Part shown: positions 1 through 9,427 of the stretch, piece after piece
Position numbering within the stretch: position 1 is the stretch's first letter
How the letters are laid out: each line of letters starts with the position of its first letter
Assembly: GCA_009927485.1 (NCBI GenBank)
Contig: RFMW01000160.1
Location: 1-57,677 of the forward strand
Length of the DNA: 57,677 nucleotides
Direction of reading: 5' to 3'
Source: Sphingobacteriia bacterium
GTDB taxonomy: Bacteria; Bacteroidota; Bacteroidia; UBA7662
Program-made: the position numbers and the translations under genes
Notes under the pieces: generated by a model
The model's database searches: none
Seen by the model: the letters and a program-made list of their open reading frames with translations, nothing else
What the model was told of the DNA's origin: nothing

Positions 1-825
1 TCTCGATTGGTGGGAGCTCCTCCGGGATATGTAGGGTACGAAGAAGGCGGTCAACTAACCGAGCGCGTTCGGCGTAAACCGTATTCGGTAATTCTCTTGG
101 ATGAAGTAGAGAAGGCCCATCCGGATATTTTCAATTTGTTGTTGCAAGTTTTGGATGATGGCCAGTTAACGGACGGATTAGGCCGTAAAGTGGACTTCAA
201 AAACACCTTGATTATCTTGACTTCGAATATTGGATCTCGTCAGCTAAAGGATTTTGGCACCGGTGTAGGTTTTACCACGCCAAGCAAGGTAGAAGCCCGG
301 GAAAAAGAAAGCTCGGCAGTTATTCAAGGCGCCCTCAAGAAAACCTTTTCCCCCGAGTTTTTGAATCGAATTGACGACGTGATCATCTTCAACCCGCTGG
401 AGCGTCAGGAATTGGACAAGATTATCCATTTGACCCTTGCCTCGGTCTTGCGTAGGATTAACGATTTAGGGTACCAGGTGACGCTAAGCGCCAAAGCCAT
501 GGATTTGCTTGCAGAAAAAGGTTATGACCCACAATTTGGGGCAAGGCCGTTGAAGAGGGCGATTCAAAAATATGTGGAGGATGTGGTGGCTGAACAAATG
601 ATGAGTGGGCAATTAACTCAGGGTGCTGTATTGAACCTTGATGTCAATGAAGAGGGCCAAATGCAGGTTCAGGTAAGTCAACCTTCGGACCTTGCTGCTT
701 CCGTCGAAGGCAAATCTTCTTCGGCCACGTCTGCCAAACCTTCCCGCAAAAGCAAAGGTTCCTCACCAACTCCCAGCTCCGATGAAGCAAGCGATGAAGC
801 GCCTATCCTATCCGATGGGGTGTAG
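1..825 (+). CDS. clpC: ClpC-type AAA+ ATPase, C-terminal (D2) part. The gene starts upstream of the window.
   Basis: The frame is open from nt 1. Motifs GYVGYEEGGQLTE, SVILLDEVEKAHPDIFNLLLQVLDDG, FSPEFLNRIDDVIIF and GYDPQFGARPLKRAIQ are present. The protein ends in a Ser/Pro-rich tail. Confidence 0.85.
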   Translation, partial: SRLVGAPPGYVGYEEGGQLTERVRRKPYSVILLDEVEKAHPDIFNLLLQVLDDGQLTDGLGRKVDFKNTLIILTSNIGSRQLKDFGTGVGFTTPSKVEAREKESSAVIQGALKKTFSPEFLNRIDDVIIFNPLERQELDKIIHLTLASVLRRINDLGYQVTLSAKAMDLLAEKGYDPQFGARPLKRAIQKYVEDVVAEQMMSGQLTQGAVLNLDVNEEGQMQVQVSQPSDLAASVEGKSSSATSAKPSRKSKGSSPTPSSDEASDEAPILSDGV

Positions 826-834
826 CCTTGAGCC

Positions 835-1971
835 ATGGCTTTGACCTTTGTCGATGATCTTGGGGTTCATGGATTGCTTCCCTTAACCTATACCCACGGT
901 CCTCAGGACTGTCGGGTGGGGATCCTGACCCTATCTCAGAAGTGGAATTTGTTATGGCGCCGTCAAGAAGCTTCCTTGTCGGTTAATTCACGACTTCTTC
1001 CCAACGATGCCCTTCTGCTCGCGGCACAATCGTTGAGTCAAGGCAAGGGTTTGCGTCAAGGAGGTCAAGATTTGGTATGGCATGGTCAGGCAGACTGTGT
1101 AGAATGGACGAATTGGGATGGTGAAGCAGAATGGATTATCCATCCTGAGGATATTTTCTTGAAGAATGGTTCTCAGATTCGACGGGATGTGAACTGGCTG
1201 TTGGAAGCGGGTGGGGAATGGGCTTTGCCGGCCTGGTCGCAACGCATTGATCCGGATCCCTATACGGCAGTATATCGTCCTGAACAGGTCTATGTGCATC
1301 CTTCGGCTATTGTTCGCGCGGCGGTCCTGGACGCCTCGGAGGGCCCGGTATGGATCGGGGAGTCGGCGGAAATTATGGCGGGAAGCATGATCAAAGGTCC
1401 CGTGGCCATAGGCGAACACAGCAGCATCAAAATGGGGGCCAAAATTTACGGCGACAGCACCGTGGGCCCCTATTGCAAAGTTGGCGGTGAGGTATCCAAT
1501 TCGGTGATCCATTCGTATTCGAACAAGGGACACGATGGATTCATGGGGAACTCGGTTATCGGTCGTTGGTGCAATTGGGGAGCGGATACCAACAATTCCA
1601 ACCTCAAGAACAATTACGAACAGGTGAAGTTATGGGATATTGCTACAGGAACCTTTCGAAATACCGGACTTACTTTCTGCGGCTTGATCATGGGGGATCA
1701 TTCCAAATGTGGGATCAACACCATGTTCAATACGGGTACGGTGGTTGGGGTTGGGGCCAATATTTTTGGGGGTGGCTTTGTTCGGCAATTCATTCCATCT
1801 TTTGGCTGGGGCGGAACCCAGGGCATGGAAACTTTTCGCTTTGATAAATTTGCCCAGACCGCTGAAAAGGTGATGCAAAGACGGGGACTCTCCCTGTCGG
1901 ATGAGGAGAGAGACCTCTTACAACATATCTACGAGGCCACAGCGGTTCAACGGACCTGGGAGAAAAAATAG
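835..1971 (+). CDS. GlmU-family / putative sugar nucleotidyltransferase with a left-handed beta-helix C-terminal half
   Basis: 378 aa with an ATG start. Hexapeptide-repeat region IGESAEIMAGSMIKGPVAIGEHSSIKMGAKIYGDSTVGPYCKVGGEVSNSVI. The N-terminus (LLPLTYT...RVGILTL) resembles the Bacteroidota GlmU-family proteins. Confidence 0.6.
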   Translation: MALTFVDDLGVHGLLPLTYTHGPQDCRVGILTLSQKWNLLWRRQEASLSVNSRLLPNDALLLAAQSLSQGKGLRQGGQDLVWHGQADCVEWTNWDGEAEWIIHPEDIFLKNGSQIRRDVNWLLEAGGEWALPAWSQRIDPDPYTAVYRPEQVYVHPSAIVRAAVLDASEGPVWIGESAEIMAGSMIKGPVAIGEHSSIKMGAKIYGDSTVGPYCKVGGEVSNSVIHSYSNKGHDGFMGNSVIGRWCNWGADTNNSNLKNNYEQVKLWDIATGTFRNTGLTFCGLIMGDHSKCGINTMFNTGTVVGVGANIFGGGFVRQFIPSFGWGGTQGMETFRFDKFAQTAEKVMQRRGLSLSDEERDLLQHIYEATAVQRTWEKK

Positions 1972-2032
1972 AAGCAGGCCTCGCAATTCCCTTTTGAATT
2001 TTACGAGTCAATCAAGCATTAAAATTTAAAAA

Positions 2033-2803
2033 ATGTCCAAACGCAGGCCTTTGATTTTGGGAAATTGGAAAATGAACACCCTCCCGGAGGAGGGACGCTT
2101 GGTGGCCAGGCAAATGGTGCCCATGATTCGGGATGGGTTGCATTGGGATTTGGATTGGGGATTGGCTGTACCGTTCACGCATTTGGGGGCTCTGCGCTCG
2201 GAACTGGAAGGATCGGGCATGATGGGGGCTCAGGACTGTTCAGCGCATCTTCAAGGAGCCTATACCGGAGAAATATCGGCAGGCAGCTTGGCTGCGATGC
2301 ACTGCAGCTTCGCCCTGGTGGGACATAGTGAACGCCGTCTGCACCACCATGAAAGTTCATCCACTTGCGGTCTCAAAATTGACCGCTTGCGTGAACATGG
2401 CTTGATGTCGGTCTATTGCGTTGGGGAAACCTTGGAACAACGTCAAGGGGGCAGCTTCAACGAAGTGATTACCTCGCAATTGATGGAAGCATTGGGTTCT
2501 CGAATTCAGGATTTGAATCATGGTTCATTGGCGATTGCCTATGAACCGGTTTGGGCCATTGGTACGGGTCTGACCGCGAGCCCGCAACAAGCCAACGAAG
2601 TGCATGCCATGATCCGTGCTTGGGTTGCTCAAAACGGAGGTGCAAACATGGCCGAACAAATCCGCATCCTTTACGGGGGGTCCGTGAATGCCTCCAATGC
2701 CAAGGAACTTCTGGCTTGCACGGATGTGGACGGTGCCTTGGTGGGCGGCGCCTCCCTCAAGGCCAGGGACTTTGCTGATATTGTGTTAAGTTCAGTGGAT
2801 TAA
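2033..2803 (+). CDS. tpiA: Triosephosphate isomerase
   Basis: 256 aa. Motifs ILGNWKMN, VGHSERR, IAYEPVWAIGTG and ILYGGSV. Confidence 0.95.
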   Translation: MSKRRPLILGNWKMNTLPEEGRLVARQMVPMIRDGLHWDLDWGLAVPFTHLGALRSELEGSGMMGAQDCSAHLQGAYTGEISAGSLAAMHCSFALVGHSERRLHHHESSSTCGLKIDRLREHGLMSVYCVGETLEQRQGGSFNEVITSQLMEALGSRIQDLNHGSLAIAYEPVWAIGTGLTASPQQANEVHAMIRAWVAQNGGANMAEQIRILYGGSVNASNAKELLACTDVDGALVGGASLKARDFADIVLSSVD

Positions 2804-2806
2804 ACG

Positions 2807-3850
2807 ATGGGGGGTTCTTACCTGCGTTGGCGCCTGGGGGTTGCAGACGAAAGTTCCTGTGAATTGTTCATGGCCTTGCTTGGGGAGGTTGGGTTTGAGG
2901 CCTTCGAAACCAAGCCCATGAATCCAGAAGGGGAAGGTGTTCTCGCGGATCATCCCAAGGAGGATATTCCTTCGCCCTTTGTTATGGAAGCCTATGGGCT
3001 GGTCGAAACCGTAGGCAATGTTTTTCAAGACCATTGGTTGGGAGAGAGCCAGGACAAGATTCTGTGGATCGATGGACCGCACCCCATACCGAATACCAAT
3101 TGGAATGCGGAATGGGAATCCAATTTTGAGCCCGTTCGTTTGGGGACATCGCTGGGGCTGCGTGCGCCTTTTCACGAGCCTATGGGGGACGTGGACCTGG
3201 AACTGGTCATGATGCCGAAGATGTCCTTCGGCACAGGGCATCATGAAACCACCATGCTGATGAGTTGGTGGCTGTTAGGGGCACCCACCGAACAAACCAT
3301 TCAAATCGGTCAAAAGGTGTTATGGGAACCCGGCCCTCAAAGGGTCGATATGGTAGAGGGATTGCTGCTGCCCCAAAATCCAAAACAGGACGCTGCCTAT
3401 CCTCGTCTCAAAGGAATACGAGTTTTGGATATGGGATGCGGAACAGGGATCTTAGGCATACTGGCTGCACGATTAGGTGCCTCATCGGTCATTGGGATCG
3501 ATGTTGAAGCATGGTCCGCCGAAAATGCTGCAGAGAATGCAACCCGAAACGCCGTCCCGGCCCAGGGATCGCATGCGGATTGGCTATGCGGGGATGCGGA
3601 AATGTTGCCAAGTTTGTGGGCCGTGCATGGAAAATTTGATTTAATCTTGGCCAATATTAACCGGAACATTCTCTTAAAGGATATGGCCGCGTACGATGGC
3701 TCCCTGCTGCCAGGGGGGCAATTATGGCTAAGTGGTTTTTACACAGAAGATCACGGGGTCTTGTTGCAGGAAGCCAAGCGGTTGGGGTTAGTCTGTGTGG
3801 GGTCCGCTGCGCTGAACCAATGGAGTACTCTGTTGTTCGCCAAAGTTTAA
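2807..3850 (+). CDS. prmA: Ribosomal protein L11 methyltransferase, with a lineage-specific insertion
   Basis: 347 aa. Contains FGTGHHETT and the SAM-binding VLDMGCGTGILGILAARLGA...IGIDV, followed by ANI. Confidence 0.85.
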   Translation: MGGSYLRWRLGVADESSCELFMALLGEVGFEAFETKPMNPEGEGVLADHPKEDIPSPFVMEAYGLVETVGNVFQDHWLGESQDKILWIDGPHPIPNTNWNAEWESNFEPVRLGTSLGLRAPFHEPMGDVDLELVMMPKMSFGTGHHETTMLMSWWLLGAPTEQTIQIGQKVLWEPGPQRVDMVEGLLLPQNPKQDAAYPRLKGIRVLDMGCGTGILGILAARLGASSVIGIDVEAWSAENAAENATRNAVPAQGSHADWLCGDAEMLPSLWAVHGKFDLILANINRNILLKDMAAYDGSLLPGGQLWLSGFYTEDHGVLLQEAKRLGLVCVGSAALNQWSTLLFAKV

Positions 3851-3860
3851 CCTCTGGAAT

Positions 3861-4169
3861 ATGAAGGTTTACGACCGCTTCAGCGCATTATCGCTAGTGG
3901 ATAGCACCGAGGCCAAGCCTGAATTTGAAGTTTTGGAATTGGAAGATGAGGGCAGTAACCTTGTTTTGCATAACGATGACGTGAACACCTTTGGGCATGT
4001 CATCGAATGTTTGATGAGGTACTGCGAGCATAGCGCAGAGCAGGCCGAACAATGCGCATGGATTGTGCACCTTAACGGAAAATGCCAAGTCAAATCCGGT
4101 ACTTACGTGGATTTGCTGCCTGTTCAAGCCGTCTTGGCAGACGAGGGCCTGTGGGTGACGATTGAATAA
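3861..4169 (+). CDS. clpS: ATP-dependent Clp protease adaptor ClpS
   Basis: 102 aa. Contains VLHNDDVNTFGHVIECLMRYCEHSAEQAEQCAWIVHLNGK. Confidence 0.9.
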   Translation: MKVYDRFSALSLVDSTEAKPEFEVLELEDEGSNLVLHNDDVNTFGHVIECLMRYCEHSAEQAEQCAWIVHLNGKCQVKSGTYVDLLPVQAVLADEGLWVTIE

Positions 4170-4176
4170 AGCAAAG

Positions 4177-4196
4177 TGGACCCTAATCCTGGTCCA
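4177..4196. terminator. Weak hairpin between the convergent clpS and E1 genes
   Basis: tggacc (4177-4182) pairs with ggtcca (4191-4196). There is no clear U-tract. Confidence 0.3.
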
Positions 4197-4199
4197 AAT

Positions 4200-6749
4200 T
4201 TAGGGGAGAGGGGCAAAGTAGCCGGGTTCCGCTGAGGCCATCAAAGACCAAACCGCTTCCACCACATCATCCACCGAGGGTTTGCTGAAATAATCACCAT
4301 CGGAGCCGTAGGCTGGTCGATGAGCCTGTGCGGTTAAGGTTTGGGGAGCCCAATCCAAGAGGGGGAAACCGCCTTGCCGCTCCAAAATTTGTTGCAAAAG
4401 GTAGGCGGAGGCCCCTCCGGGCACATCCTCGTCCAAAACCAAGAGTCGTGACGTCTTGCGGAGCGACTTGGCGCAAAGCCCTTCCTCGTCAAAAGGCAAT
4501 AAGCTCTGAGCGTCGATGACCTCTACCGATATGCCGAGGCCCTCCAGAAGGACAGAAGCCTCCATGGCAATTCGGCAACAGGACCCGTAAGTGACCAAGG
4601 TCAAATCTTCCCCTTGGCGAAGGATTTCGGCCTGCCCGGGAATAACACAAAAATCATGCAAATTGGAGGGCAGGGTTTCTTTGAGGCGATAACCGTTCAG
4701 GCATTCGATGACCAAGGCGGGTTCATCGCTTTTCATAAGTGTGTTATAGAAACCTACGGCTTGAACCATGTTGCGTGGAACCAAGACGAGCATCCCCCGC
4801 AGGGCATGCAGAATCATCCCCATGGGGGATCCGGAATGCCATATTCCTTCAAGACGATGACCACGGGTACGTACAATGAGAGGGGCTTTTTGGCCACCAG
4901 CCGTGCGGTATTGCAAGGTGGCGACATCATCGCTCAGGATTTGAATGGCGTAGAGCAGGTAGTCCAGGTACTGAATTTCCACAAGAGGCCTGAGGCCCCG
5001 CATGGCTGCCCCCAGGCCTTGACCCACAATGCTCATTTCACGAATACCGGTATCCGAAACGCGCAGGTCTCCATACTTTTCCTGCAATCCGGCAAAACCT
5101 TGATTGACATCTCCGATTTTGCCGACATCTTCTCCCAGGGCAACGAATCGGGGATCTTCACGAAGCCAGTAATCAAAGCAACGGTTGAGGATTTCGAAGC
5201 CATTGACCGATTCCGCATTTTCAGCGTATTGTGCTCCTACCGCTTGAACCTTGACTGCTGCATCGGAGGATTGGCTGTGCAGGCCGCGGTTGTATAACAA
5301 CGAATGAAGACCTTCTAGCCGAGAGCGCAGTCCGAGGCTTTGTCGGTAGGCTCCTTGCACCGAATCGGAGGCCCAAGTGCTAATGCCCAGACGATGGGCC
5401 GTCCAAAGGCTTCTTCGAAGGGCCTGCATGATATCCCTGCGCAGCGGCTCACGTTCTGCACGCAAATCAGCAATGGATCGCTCAACGGCAGCGGCACATT
5501 GGGCCAGACGATTGTTCAGCGTCGGGGTATCGGTATTTCCCAGGGCAGTTTCGGCTGAACGGTCCTTGGTGGACCCTGTGGAGATTTGGGTTTGGAGCGC
5601 TGTGGACCAGGCCTCCAGGCTTTGCAGGGTTTCCGAGGTCCAGGAGTTAAGGTCATCGCGGAAGGCACGGTAAGCCTTGTTCAAGGCTTCCTTGGCGCGG
5701 GTTGCGGCTTCCGTTTCGATACGGTCCAAGGTGTCTGCATCAGCAAAGCCTTGGGACAGAATCCAGGCCCTCATACGGGTCAAACCGTCGTGGTCTTTTT
5801 CCCATTGAAGCCTTTCGGGCGATTTGTATCGCTCATGGGATCCCGAGGTGCTGTGCCCCTGGGGCTGGGTGAGTTCGGTCACATGAAAGAGTACCGGCAT
5901 GTGCTCTTGGCGGCACAAATCCGCAGCCTTGAGGTAGAGGGCGCAGAGTCGGGGATAATCCCATCCTGGGCAGGTGTAAAGCCGATACCCGTTCCCATCA
6001 GGTCCCGTACGGAAGCCTTGGAGCAAGGCGCCAATATTTTCTTTGGTGGTTTGATAGGCTGCAGGAACAGAGATGCCGTATCCATCATCCCAAATGGACA
6101 CAAAGAGCGGGACTTGCAGAACCCCCCCCGCGTTGATGACTTCCCAAAAATGACCTTCGCTGGTGGAGGCATTTCCGATAGTTACATAGGATATCTCATG
6201 GCCACCTCGGCTAAATTTGGAAGGAGAAGGAAGATTAGGCAAAGCCCTGTACAGCTTGGAAGCATAGGCAATGCCCAGGCCTCGTCCCATTTGGCCGCCG
6301 GTAGGGGAGATATCGGCCGTGGATTGCGGTTTGTCCGTCAAATTCACCGACTGACCTTGATGGTCCAGCCATCGGGTTGCAAAATGCCCGTTCATGGACC
6401 TTCCCCCCGAAGCGGGTTCATGCTCCACGGAGGTATGAGCATATAACTGCGCAAAAAAACCTTCCAACGTCATCATGCCCGTTGCCAGCATAAAGGTTTG
6501 ATCCCGATAATATCCTGAGCGTATATCCCCATCCCTGAAGGCTTTGGCCATCGCCAATTGAGGTAGTTCTTTGCCATCGCCAAAGATTCCGAACTTGGCT
6601 TTGCCGGTCAAAACTTCCTTGCGACCCAAAAGGCTGGCATGGCGGCTTTCCCAACCCGTACGGTAGTCGCGTAGCACTTCGGCCACCAATTCCTCTTTGT
6701 TCAAGGCGGTTTGCGACGGGGAGGGAGCAGTTTTTGCGGGTATTTCCAT
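4200..6749 (-). CDS. Fused E1 alpha/beta thiamine-diphosphate-dependent 2-oxoacid dehydrogenase component
   Basis: 849 aa. The N-terminal half is E1-alpha-like and carries a TPP-binding region. The C-terminal half is E1-beta/transketolase-like (RVSDTGIREMSIVGQGLGAAMRGLRPLVEIQYLDY). A long helical linker joins the two halves. Confidence 0.85.
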   Translation of the reverse strand: MEIPAKTAPSPSQTALNKEELVAEVLRDYRTGWESRHASLLGRKEVLTGKAKFGIFGDGKELPQLAMAKAFRDGDIRSGYYRDQTFMLATGMMTLEGFFAQLYAHTSVEHEPASGGRSMNGHFATRWLDHQGQSVNLTDKPQSTADISPTGGQMGRGLGIAYASKLYRALPNLPSPSKFSRGGHEISYVTIGNASTSEGHFWEVINAGGVLQVPLFVSIWDDGYGISVPAAYQTTKENIGALLQGFRTGPDGNGYRLYTCPGWDYPRLCALYLKAADLCRQEHMPVLFHVTELTQPQGHSTSGSHERYKSPERLQWEKDHDGLTRMRAWILSQGFADADTLDRIETEAATRAKEALNKAYRAFRDDLNSWTSETLQSLEAWSTALQTQISTGSTKDRSAETALGNTDTPTLNNRLAQCAAAVERSIADLRAEREPLRRDIMQALRRSLWTAHRLGISTWASDSVQGAYRQSLGLRSRLEGLHSLLYNRGLHSQSSDAAVKVQAVGAQYAENAESVNGFEILNRCFDYWLREDPRFVALGEDVGKIGDVNQGFAGLQEKYGDLRVSDTGIREMSIVGQGLGAAMRGLRPLVEIQYLDYLLYAIQILSDDVATLQYRTAGGQKAPLIVRTRGHRLEGIWHSGSPMGMILHALRGMLVLVPRNMVQAVGFYNTLMKSDEPALVIECLNGYRLKETLPSNLHDFCVIPGQAEILRQGEDLTLVTYGSCCRIAMEASVLLEGLGISVEVIDAQSLLPFDEEGLCAKSLRKTSRLLVLDEDVPGGASAYLLQQILERQGGFPLLDWAPQTLTAQAHRPAYGSDGDYFSKPSVDDVVEAVWSLMASAEPGYFAPLP

Positions 6750-6808
6750 TCGAAAAAAGGTGGAATAAACTAACCGAAATTGAGAAGTGGATGGTCCAAG
6801 TTAGGACG

Positions 6809-6816
6809 CAAAGATA
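6809..6816 (-). promoter_or_regulatory. Candidate sigma-A -7 box (TATCTTTG, followed by CG) for the E1 gene
   Basis: The plus strand reads cgcaaagata, so the minus strand reads TATCTTTGCG. The box lies about 55 nt upstream of the ATG at 6749. Confidence 0.45.
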
Positions 6817-6863
6817 AAGGATGGAAAAAATCCAGAGAGGTACAATTTTTGAAGAAAGGAGCG

Positions 6864-6892
6864 TTTGTAAATTCAAATTCGCATTATTTTTG
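6864..6892 (+). promoter_or_regulatory. Candidate sigma-A promoter (TTTG-N17-TATTTTTG) for the DUF1573 gene
   Basis: TTTG at 6864-6867 and TATTTTTG at 6885-6892, 22 nt upstream of the ATG at 6915. The spacer is shorter than the usual 19-21 nt. Confidence 0.4.
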
Positions 6893-6914
6893 AGCTCTAA
6901 AACAAACTCCTTCC

Positions 6915-7358
6915 ATGAAAACAATCTTATCGTTTGCTATCGCTTTGGGTTTTGGCTTCTCTGCGATGGCCCAGACCACCGAAACCAAAGACAAACCCGC
7001 TTTCAAGTTCAAGGCCGAAACCCATGATTTCGGGAAGATCAAAGAAGGCGTTCAGGCTACCCACGAATTTGAATTCACGAATACCGGTAAGGGACCTTTG
7101 ATTATTTCCAACGTTGCCGCATCATGCGGTTGTACTACTCCCGATTGGACCCGTGAGCCGATTCCTCCCGGAAAGACCGGTAAAATCAAAGCTGTTTACA
7201 ATTCCCAAGGTCGTCCAGGTCAGTTCACCAAACAAGTCACGGTAACCTCCAATGCGGCAGAAGCCACCAAAGTGCTCACCATCTCCGGTTTGGTGGAGAA
7301 GGTGGAACCGGGTGTACCCGAAACCAAGCCAGCAGCCAGTCCGGTGAGCAAACCCTAA
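6915..7358 (+). CDS. DUF1573 domain-containing secreted protein
   Basis: 147 aa with signal peptide MKTILSFAIALGFGFSAMA. Contains HDFGKIKEG...FEFTNTGKGPLIISNVAASCGCTTPDWTREPIPPGKTGKIKAVYN. Confidence 0.8.
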   Translation: MKTILSFAIALGFGFSAMAQTTETKDKPAFKFKAETHDFGKIKEGVQATHEFEFTNTGKGPLIISNVAASCGCTTPDWTREPIPPGKTGKIKAVYNSQGRPGQFTKQVTVTSNAAEATKVLTISGLVEKVEPGVPETKPAASPVSKP

Positions 7359-7417
7359 AGATTCAATACGGCCAACCCAGGCCAGCATTCCGCAAGGACG
7401 AATCCTTGCAAGTGGTG

Positions 7418-7450
7418 AAGACCCGTGTACCTTTGCACGGGTCTTTTTTT
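7418..7450 (+). terminator. Rho-independent terminator after the DUF1573 gene
   Basis: gacccgtg (7420-7427) pairs with cacgggtc (7436-7443), followed by a run of 7 T. A second hairpin, gcaagga/tccttgc, lies at 7392-7409. Confidence 0.7.
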
Positions 7451-8647
7451 ATGCCAAAAATTTCAAACAGGGGACATTCCATGCCTGCTTCGCCAATTCG
7501 GCGATTGGTCCCGTATGCAGAAGCCGCCAAGCAAAGCGGTACCACCGTCTATCATCTTAACATCGGTCAACCGGATATCGCCACGGCCCCTGCATTTTGG
7601 GAGGGGGTCGCCGCTCACCATGACAAGGTTCTCTCGTATTCGCATTCAGCGGGGCTTGTGCAATACCGACAGGCCTATGCTGACAACTTGAACCGTAAAG
7701 GCTACGGGCTCACCGCAGAGGATGTTCTCATCAGCACCGGTGGTTCCGAGGCCTTGGTCATGACCATGATGGCTTGCTTTGATCCCGGCGATGAGGTGCT
7801 CATCCCGGAGCCTTTTTATGCCAACTACAACGGGTTTGCCGCGATGGGTGGTGTGGTGGTCCGCCCTTTTACCACCACGATCGAGGAGCGTTTCGCCTTG
7901 CCCGAAGTGGAGGCTGTCGAAGCAGCCATCGGCCCCAAAACCAGGGCCCTCATGATCTGCAATCCCAACAACCCCACCGGTACCTTGTACTCCAAAGCTG
8001 AATTGGAAGCCTTGGCAGTTTTGTGCCTGAAGCACGACCTCTTTCTCATTGCGGACGAAGTGTACCGCGAATTTGTGTACGATGGTCAGCAACATACTTC
8101 TATTTTGGGAATCCATGGGCTCGAGCAACATGCGGTCGTGGTGGAAAGCACCTCCAAAATGTACAGCGCCTGCGGGGCCCGAATAGGAGCCCTGATCACC
8201 AAGAATCAGGATTTGATGGCAACAGCGCTCAAATACGCTCAGGCACGTTTGAGTCCGCCAACTTTGGAACAAATGGGCGCCATGGCGGCCCTGCTCCATA
8301 CCGGTCCTGATTACTTCGACGAAGTTAGAGCGGAATATGTTAGCCGACGTAATCTCATGGTGCAGGCGCTCTCTGCAATGCCGGGCGTGGCCTGTCCTCG
8401 ACCCGGCGGGGCATTCTATGCGGTCGCTCGATTACCCATTACCGACAGCGATGATTTTTGCCGTTGGATGCTGGAGCATCATCGCCACGAAGGAGCCACC
8501 GTGATGATGGCTCCGGCCACCGGATTCTACGCGACACCCGGTCTGGGCCGGGACGAAGTTCGCTTGGCCTATGTCTTGGAGAAAGCCAATCTCGCTTTGG
8601 CCATGGATTGTCTGGCTACAGGCTTGGCCGCTTACCGAGGAGCTTGA
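7451..8647 (+). CDS. Pyridoxal-phosphate-dependent aminotransferase, class I/II (aspartate aminotransferase-like)
   Basis: Contains PASPIRRL, NIGQPD, NPNNPTG and the lysine region STSKMYSACGARIG. The start is moved to the ATG at 7451 because the ORF-track start at 7406 overlaps the upstream terminator. Confidence 0.85.
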   Translation: MPKISNRGHSMPASPIRRLVPYAEAAKQSGTTVYHLNIGQPDIATAPAFWEGVAAHHDKVLSYSHSAGLVQYRQAYADNLNRKGYGLTAEDVLISTGGSEALVMTMMACFDPGDEVLIPEPFYANYNGFAAMGGVVVRPFTTTIEERFALPEVEAVEAAIGPKTRALMICNPNNPTGTLYSKAELEALAVLCLKHDLFLIADEVYREFVYDGQQHTSILGIHGLEQHAVVVESTSKMYSACGARIGALITKNQDLMATALKYAQARLSPPTLEQMGAMAALLHTGPDYFDEVRAEYVSRRNLMVQALSAMPGVACPRPGGAFYAVARLPITDSDDFCRWMLEHHRHEGATVMMAPATGFYATPGLGRDEVRLAYVLEKANLALAMDCLATGLAAYRGA

Positions 8648-8660
8648 ATCAGGAGCCACC

Positions 8661-9368
8661 TTAACGGTTCCTGAACTCTTCCTGCAACAAAGCGATATCC
8701 CTTTGCAGAATTTCGCATTCCGCCCATTGGGTCCCGTCGTATAAACCGCGAATTCTCCCGTTGGGATCGATGAGCAAAAACTGCCCGGAATGAAGGAAGC
8801 CACCGGGAGCATCGCGATCCGCTCCAGCACTTAACAAATAATATTGCTCGGCCAGGCGATGAATTTCTTCTTCTTTGCCCCGTAACAAAAGCCATTGCCG
8901 CGAGGAGGGTTTTACCCCGTGCCTCTCTGCGTAATCGGCAAGTACATCCCGGGTATCTCTTTGGGGGTCTATGGTGTATGAAATAAATCGGACACCGATA
9001 GGCGGGGCGACCTTGGATGGAGTTTTGGATGCATGCTGCTGTGCTTGGGCATACAGCTTGGCCATGTGTCGGCTCATATCGATGCATATCCCTGGGCAGG
9101 AGGCAAAGAAAAAGTCCACCACGCGAATTTGCCCCTTCAAAGAATCGTGATGGAAGGCAACTCCGTATTGGTCCTCCAAGGCAATCTCCGGTAATTCACG
9201 AAAAACCGTATCCGTTCGGCCATCCTTGCCCTCCATAATTTCCATGGGTCCCAAGATGGGCAAGCCGCTGGATGGAGGGCCATGATCCTTGGACTTGTCT
9301 GTGCTACAGCCCGTGAGCAGCGCGAAGGCCAGCACTGTACAAAGGCTGAATAAAGGAGGCTTGAGCAT
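8661..9368 (-). CDS. SCO1/SenC family copper chaperone (thioredoxin fold), lipoprotein
   Basis: Start at MLKPPLFSLCTVLAFALLTGC, which carries a lipobox. CxxxC motif in FFFASCPGICIDMS. Confidence 0.85.
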   Translation of the reverse strand: MLKPPLFSLCTVLAFALLTGCSTDKSKDHGPPSSGLPILGPMEIMEGKDGRTDTVFRELPEIALEDQYGVAFHHDSLKGQIRVVDFFFASCPGICIDMSRHMAKLYAQAQQHASKTPSKVAPPIGVRFISYTIDPQRDTRDVLADYAERHGVKPSSRQWLLLRGKEEEIHRLAEQYYLLSAGADRDAPGGFLHSGQFLLIDPNGRIRGLYDGTQWAECEILQRDIALLQEEFRNR

Positions 9369-9427
9369 GAGGTTGATTGGCAAAATAGTTGTAGAGCGTA
9401 GCAATGCTTTATGATCGGTAAGGGAGT

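Noticed and set aside
5586-6446. A 286 aa ORF on the plus strand inside the E1 dehydrogenase gene.
   Set aside because: It is antisense to a well-supported CDS. The translation is low-complexity and Gly/Arg/Pro-rich with no recognisable motifs, which is typical of spurious antisense ORFs.
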